Source: Squalus acanthias
Taxonomy: Eukaryota
Direction of reading: 5' to 3'
Assembly (NCBI GenBank): GCA_030390025.1
Contig: CM059428.1
Span: forward strand, 17,174,001 to 17,238,000
Length of the DNA: 64,000 bases
Part shown: positions 62,701-64,000 of the stretch, one piece after another
Position numbering within the stretch: position 1 is the first letter of the stretch
How the letters are laid out: the number at the start of each line of letters is the position of its first letter
Program-made: the position numbers and the translations under genes
Notes under the pieces: generated by a model
Database searches by the model: none
Told to the model about the DNA's origin: nothing
What the model saw: only the letters and a program-made list of their open reading frames with translations

Positions 62701-63693
62701 TGCTCTGACTATCGGCAGTTAGCTAGCTTAAAGAGAGTTCAACACTTTTTTATCCAGTTTTCTCTTGTGTCCTGAAGGATTTGACTCCTTGCAATGGTGC
62801 AGTTTTATGGAAATTGTTATCCCCTTGTACCCTGCTTCCCCCATGCTCATTATTCATGTGACACTTGACAGTGTATGCTATCTCAGTATGTTCAAGTGTA
62901 GCATCGTTGTTAAGCTGGATCTTGTCCCACACATGCACACTTGTTCGATAGTGATCAGGAGCAAGAATCTTGGCCATTTTTCCCCCCTTGCCTCCCTCCC
63001 TAATGCAGGATTGTTGAGGTCATTTGTAGTCCCTAATTGCTGCTCTGGTTGAGATTAGTTAACTCGGCACAGCCTGGTCACACCTGCAACCACCTTGGAC
63101 GGTATGGCTGAGCTGCTCATTGGATCATCTTGCTGAGCCAGCATTCTTTTTTGCCTCTGCTGATCGAATCTCAATCAAATAGCAACCAAATAACCTGTGT
63201 CTTCACCTGACCTAAAATACTGCATCTCTAATCAGGTCTTGTGCAGGGCTGTGGTACTTGTCTAATGTATATTAAGTATCAAAAGATTTAAGTGCATCTC
63301 AACATTATATTCTCTTTTAATACTCATTGAGAAAAAGGGAAAACTTTGTTTTTAAAGCATATATAATACTTCAACCAGTAATACTTATGGGGTTTTCTGG
63401 CTTTTTTTAAATCAGAAGTAGGTGATTTTAAGATTGCATATCATTTGGGTGTTTCAATCTTGGTTATTGCCTATTTGTGTTCTGTATAATCTTGTGCTTC
63501 TCGGTATTAATTATTAATCAGCTGACTTTGAGGAATGTTATACAGTAACTTGGAAACATTTGGAATTTACACTGAAATAGTTTTTGCTTGTTTTCAGCCA
63601 ACAGGCTTACTAGCATACCTTGATAGCACAGAGCAAGTACCAGAAAGAGACATCGACAGGATGCACATCAGGGACAATGTAAAAATTGCAACA
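14707..63693 (+). CDS. DNAJC13: DNAJC13 / RME-8, N-terminal 688 codons in 18 exons; gene continues beyond the window
   Basis: Manually spliced exons translate to [40 protein letters not shown]...[13 protein letters not shown], collinear with the vertebrate DNAJC13 N-terminus as recalled. All junctions are AG/GT, phases are compatible, and the total is 2064 nt with no stop. Confidence 0.97.
15585..16830 (-). mobile_element. Decayed non-LTR retrotransposon ORF2 fragment of a different family, approximate
   Basis: Reverse strand near 15780-15840 encodes an [22 protein letters not shown] RT N-terminal motif. Confidence 0.55.
16851..16918. repeat. 21-bp tandem repeat, 3 perfect copies plus a partial
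   Basis: (TGCAATTAAACTATTCTTACC)x3 then AGCAA. Confidence 0.92.
16919..17745 (+). mobile_element. 5'-truncated CR1 LINE (RT C-terminus and 3' UTR)
   Basis: ORF 17042..17521: KDLGVHIH...[12 protein letters not shown]...[10 protein letters not shown]...[12 protein letters not shown]. Confidence 0.88.
20050..22230 (-). mobile_element. CR1 LINE, decayed ORF2 and 3' end
   Basis: ORFs 20153..20476 ([15 protein letters not shown]...[14 protein letters not shown]) and 20659..20892 (LQEDINKL..W...[10 protein letters not shown]). Confidence 0.88.
22985..23167 (-). mobile_element. Fold-back mini-element, family 2 (hammerhead core damaged)
   Basis: 61-bp perfect arms 23016-23076 / 23107-23167; 14-bp TSD TTTATTTATAAAGC at 22973 and 23165. 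Confidence 0.82.
23593..24070 (+). mobile_element. Composite insertion: inverted copy of nearby DNA plus PLE family 1 tail (23978-24070)
   Basis: 14-bp TSD AGTATTTTAAGACA at 23579-23592 and 24071-24084; tail nearly identical to 8010-8103. Confidence 0.88.
23978..24012 (+). ncRNA. Hammerhead ribozyme motif (ACGU class) in a short PLE tail fragment
   Basis: GUU-CUGAUGA-A-AGGUCAUCGACCU-GAAA-CG-UU-AAC. Confidence 0.8.
24775..26830 (+). mobile_element. CR1 LINE ORF2 remnant (endonuclease to RT)
   Basis: VVGITETW near 24810, [14 protein letters not shown]...HLGNSDH (ORF 25150..25440), KFADDTK near 26392. Confidence 0.85.
27291..27366 (+). CDS. DNAJC13: DNAJC13 coding exon 2
   Basis: cctttag|A; [25 protein letters not shown]; CAG|gtaatg. 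Confidence 0.96.
27470..28194. mobile_element. MITE of a related, diverged family
   Basis: AT|GGCCCAAAAATTAGTG ... CACTAATTTTGGGGCC|AT; same hairpin / AT-rich / hairpin layout. Confidence 0.75.
29489..29638 (+). CDS. DNAJC13: DNAJC13 coding exon 3
   Basis: ttgtag|TGG; [50 protein letters not shown]; CTG|gtaagt. Confidence 0.96.
33205..33400 (-). mobile_element. L2-type 3' tail fragment
   Basis: CCTTTAACGTAGTAAAAGTCCCAAGGTGCTTCACAGGAG, as at 10900 and 23540. Confidence 0.7.
35158..35584 (-). mobile_element. Deu-domain SINE (SacSINE1-like)
   Basis: tRNA-like head GCCGTGGCTCAGTGGTAGCACTCTC, Deu-like core (AATAGTGCCACGGGAACTTTTACGTCC...GTTTAACGTCTCATCCGAAA on +), L2-type tail. Confidence 0.8.
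36290..36570 (-). mobile_element. Old SINE-like dispersed repeat (related copies at ~19815-20040 on +, ~53980-54300 and ~62860-63140 on -)
   Basis: Shared blocks such as GCCAATTG(C/T)AG...GA(G)ATCAGCT...(G/A)GCACAG. Confidence 0.45.
36701..36742 (+). CDS. DNAJC13: DNAJC13 coding exon 4
   Basis: acacag|CGA; [14 protein letters not shown]; AAG|gtaagt. Confidence 0.95.
38101..38301 (+). CDS. DNAJC13: DNAJC13 coding exon 5
   Basis: tttaag|CGC; [24 protein letters not shown]...GGFSRL; TTG|gtaagc. Confidence 0.96.
38530..40902 (+). mobile_element. L2-type LINE, long decayed ORF2 and 3' end
   Basis: [21 protein letters not shown]-like, [30 protein letters not shown] motifs across the ORFs at 39245-40868. 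Confidence 0.85.
40903..41332 (+). mobile_element. V-SINE (HE1-like), closely similar to the copy at 10155-10577
   Basis: A box TGGCATAGTGG at 40907, B box GGTTCGAATC at 40951, V-domain, CR1-type tail. Confidence 0.88.
41432..41638 (+). CDS. DNAJC13: DNAJC13 coding exon 6
   Basis: ttccag|CAC; [20 protein letters not shown]...QKIARRHR; CGG|gtaagt. Confidence 0.96.
41894..41989 (+). CDS. DNAJC13: DNAJC13 coding exon 7
   Basis: ttctag|GAT; [32 protein letters not shown]; GAG|gttagt. Confidence 0.96.
42160..42275 (-). mobile_element. 3' fragment of the Deu-SINE/L2-tail family
   Basis: AAAGACTTGCATTTATATAGCG...CTTTACAGCCAATG...GTGTAGTCACTG resembles 35160-35250. Confidence 0.65.
42406..43008. 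mobile_element. MITE, same family as 9179-9905
   Basis: AT|GGGCCTGTATTTTCCGATC ... GATTGGAATATCCGGGCC|AT. Confidence 0.78.
43651..43742 (+). CDS. DNAJC13: DNAJC13 coding exon 8
   Basis: aaacag|ATA; [30 protein letters not shown](R); AG|gtatga. Confidence 0.95.
43899..44057. mobile_element. Mini-element of PLE family 1: inverted 3' tail joined to hammerhead plus tail
   Basis: 43899-43947 resembles the reverse complement of the PLE terminus (8097-8143); 43953-44057 resembles 8003-8110; degenerate flanks GG(A/T)ATTCTA. Confidence 0.75.
43959..43995 (+). ncRNA. Hammerhead ribozyme motif (ACGU class)
   Basis: AGUU-CUGACGA-A-AGGUCAUUGACCU-GAAA-CG-UU-AGCU; stem I retained with one G-U pair. Confidence 0.78.
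44183..44370 (-). mobile_element. CR1 3' end
   Basis: ATAGAATCATAGAAGGAGGCCATTTGGCCCATC tail. Confidence 0.7.
44371..45281 (+). mobile_element. CR1 RT fragment
   Basis: ORF 45006..45281: [17 protein letters not shown]...[13 protein letters not shown]. Confidence 0.82.
47504..47670 (+). CDS. DNAJC13: DNAJC13 coding exon 9
   Basis: attcag|A; [21 protein letters not shown]...[10 protein letters not shown]; A|gtaagt. Confidence 0.96.
48163..48242 (+). CDS. DNAJC13: DNAJC13 coding exon 10
   Basis: tttcag|AC; [26 protein letters not shown]; GAT|gtaaga. Confidence 0.96.
48329..48498 (+). CDS. DNAJC13: DNAJC13 coding exon 11
   Basis: ctacag|GGC; [24 protein letters not shown]...AFTRLP(K); AA|gtaaga. 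Confidence 0.96.
49106..49549 (+). mobile_element. Deu-domain SINE (SacSINE1-like)
   Basis: GCCGTGGCTCAGTTGGTAGCA head, GGTGGACGTCAAAGATCCCATGGCACT core, tail GCTATATAAATGCAAGT. Confidence 0.8.
50218..50317 (+). CDS. DNAJC13: DNAJC13 coding exon 12
   Basis: attcag|A; [33 protein letters not shown]; TGT|gtaagt. Confidence 0.96.
50490..51340 (-). mobile_element. CR1 3' fragment, same family as 22280-23500
   Basis: Strong similarity to 22280-22810 and 23168-23440. Confidence 0.82.
50997..51056 (-). mobile_element. Single-arm fragment of family 2 with mutated hammerhead core (GAAA to AAAA)
   Basis: Near-identical to the reverse complement of 11122-11179; inside a CR1 fragment. Confidence 0.75.
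52346..52453 (+). CDS. DNAJC13: DNAJC13 coding exon 13
   Basis: atttag|CCC; [36 protein letters not shown]; GTG|gtaagt. Confidence 0.96.
53450..53487 (-). ncRNA. Hammerhead ribozyme motif (AGCU class), opposite arm
   Basis: Reverse strand reads UUAC-CUGACGA-A-GGGGC-AGCA-GCUCC-GAAA-GC-UU-GUAA. Confidence 0.8.
53512..53549 (+). ncRNA. Hammerhead ribozyme motif (AGCU class)
   Basis: UUAC-CUGACGA-A-GGGGC-AACA-GCUCC-GAAA-GC-UU-GUAA. Confidence 0.82.
54377..54532 (+). CDS. DNAJC13: DNAJC13 coding exon 14
   Basis: ctgcag|GAC; [52 protein letters not shown]; CAG|gtatgt. Confidence 0.96.
54770..56016 (+). mobile_element. 5'-truncated CR1 LINE (RT and 3' UTR)
   Basis: [40 protein letters not shown]; tail TTCTATGATTCTAT. 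Confidence 0.9.
56416..56472 (+). CDS. DNAJC13: DNAJC13 coding exon 15
   Basis: tcatag|CAC; [19 protein letters not shown]; GAG|gtaagt. Confidence 0.96.
56498..57335 (+). mobile_element. L2-type 3' fragment starting about 25 nt after an exon donor
   Basis: [31 protein letters not shown]; tail GCTATATAAATGTAAGT. Confidence 0.82.
58377..58498 (+). CDS. DNAJC13: DNAJC13 coding exon 16
   Basis: aacaag|GAA; [40 protein letters not shown](R); AG|gtatgt. Confidence 0.94.
58585..58660 (+). CDS. DNAJC13: DNAJC13 coding exon 17
   Basis: tttcag|G; [25 protein letters not shown]; TTG|gtaagt. Confidence 0.96.
59400..61600 (+). mobile_element. Very old CR1 5' region (ORF1 remnant and start of ORF2 endonuclease), approximate
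   Basis: CLYMNAR near 60838 (CR1 ORF2 start motif), LDLVF near 61288, VIVRDS (esterase-like) near 60296. Confidence 0.5.
60360..60670 (+). mobile_element. 3' end of another non-LTR family nested in the old CR1
   Basis: AAATCCTGGAGCTCCCTACC...GGACTGCAGCGG...GGGCAACTAAGGGTGGGCAATA, recognised as a shark LINE tail. Confidence 0.5.
61620..62290 (+). mobile_element. Old L2-type RT fragment, approximate
   Basis: SGVPQ...[24 protein letters not shown]. Confidence 0.55.
63598..63693 (+). CDS. DNAJC13: DNAJC13 coding exon 18
   Basis: tttcag|CCA; [32 protein letters not shown]; ACA|gtaagt. Confidence 0.95.
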
Positions 63694-63844
63694 GTAAGTA
63701 GGGGAAATCGGGGCTTATTTTCAAGCTGTCGCCAACATAGAAATTCTCTTCTTCCAGAGAAAATTACTCATTGAAAGAGGGGAGACCTTGGGAGATGAGC
63801 TGGGGAAAGAATGGAACTGAAGTACTTTAGTCACCCAGAAAGAC

Positions 63845-64000
63845 GGTAGTGTAGTGATTGTTACTGGATCAGTAATTCAGAGGCCTGGACCAGTAATCTG
63901 GAGAATGCCATGGTGGAATTTGACTCAATTTGAGAATTTGAATTAAATTTTGAAAAAAATCTCATGGTAGTAAAAGTAACCATGAAGAGTTGGATTGTCG
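63845..64000 (+). mobile_element. 5' part of a tRNA-derived SINE, cut by the window edge
   Basis: GGTAGTGTAGTGATTGTTACTGGATCAGTAATTCAGAGG head, then GGTGGAATTTG...GTAACCATGAA...GGATTGTCG. Confidence 0.45.

Overview
Vertebrate genomic DNA, almost certainly from a cartilaginous fish (shark-type V-SINE, Deu-domain SINE and CR1/L2 repertoire). The window holds the 5' part of DNAJC13 (RME-8) on the + strand: 18 coding exons from ATG 14707 to 63693 (2064 nt, 688 codons, all introns GT-AG, frame continuous). The gene runs off the right end, and its non-coding first exon is not evident. Introns are packed with decayed CR1 and L2 LINEs, SINEs and MITEs. The most striking content is a Penelope-like element (PLE) system. 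(1) A very young PLE with intact RT and GIY-YIG domains forms a ~1.46 kb near-perfect inverted repeat inside a 16-bp TSD. (2) Several tiny fold-back PLE derivatives of two families carry minimal type I hammerhead ribozyme motifs (ACGU and AGCU stem-III palindromes, with a compensatory change in stem I). (3) A TSD-flanked PLE-tail insertion has captured an inverted 384-bp copy of neighbouring host DNA. (4) Separately, a family of multi-hairpin MITEs shows covarying stems and a conserved E-box/CCAAT module. Exon and PLE coordinates were read base by base. Boundaries of old LINE fragments are approximate, and family names come from recall, not database searches.
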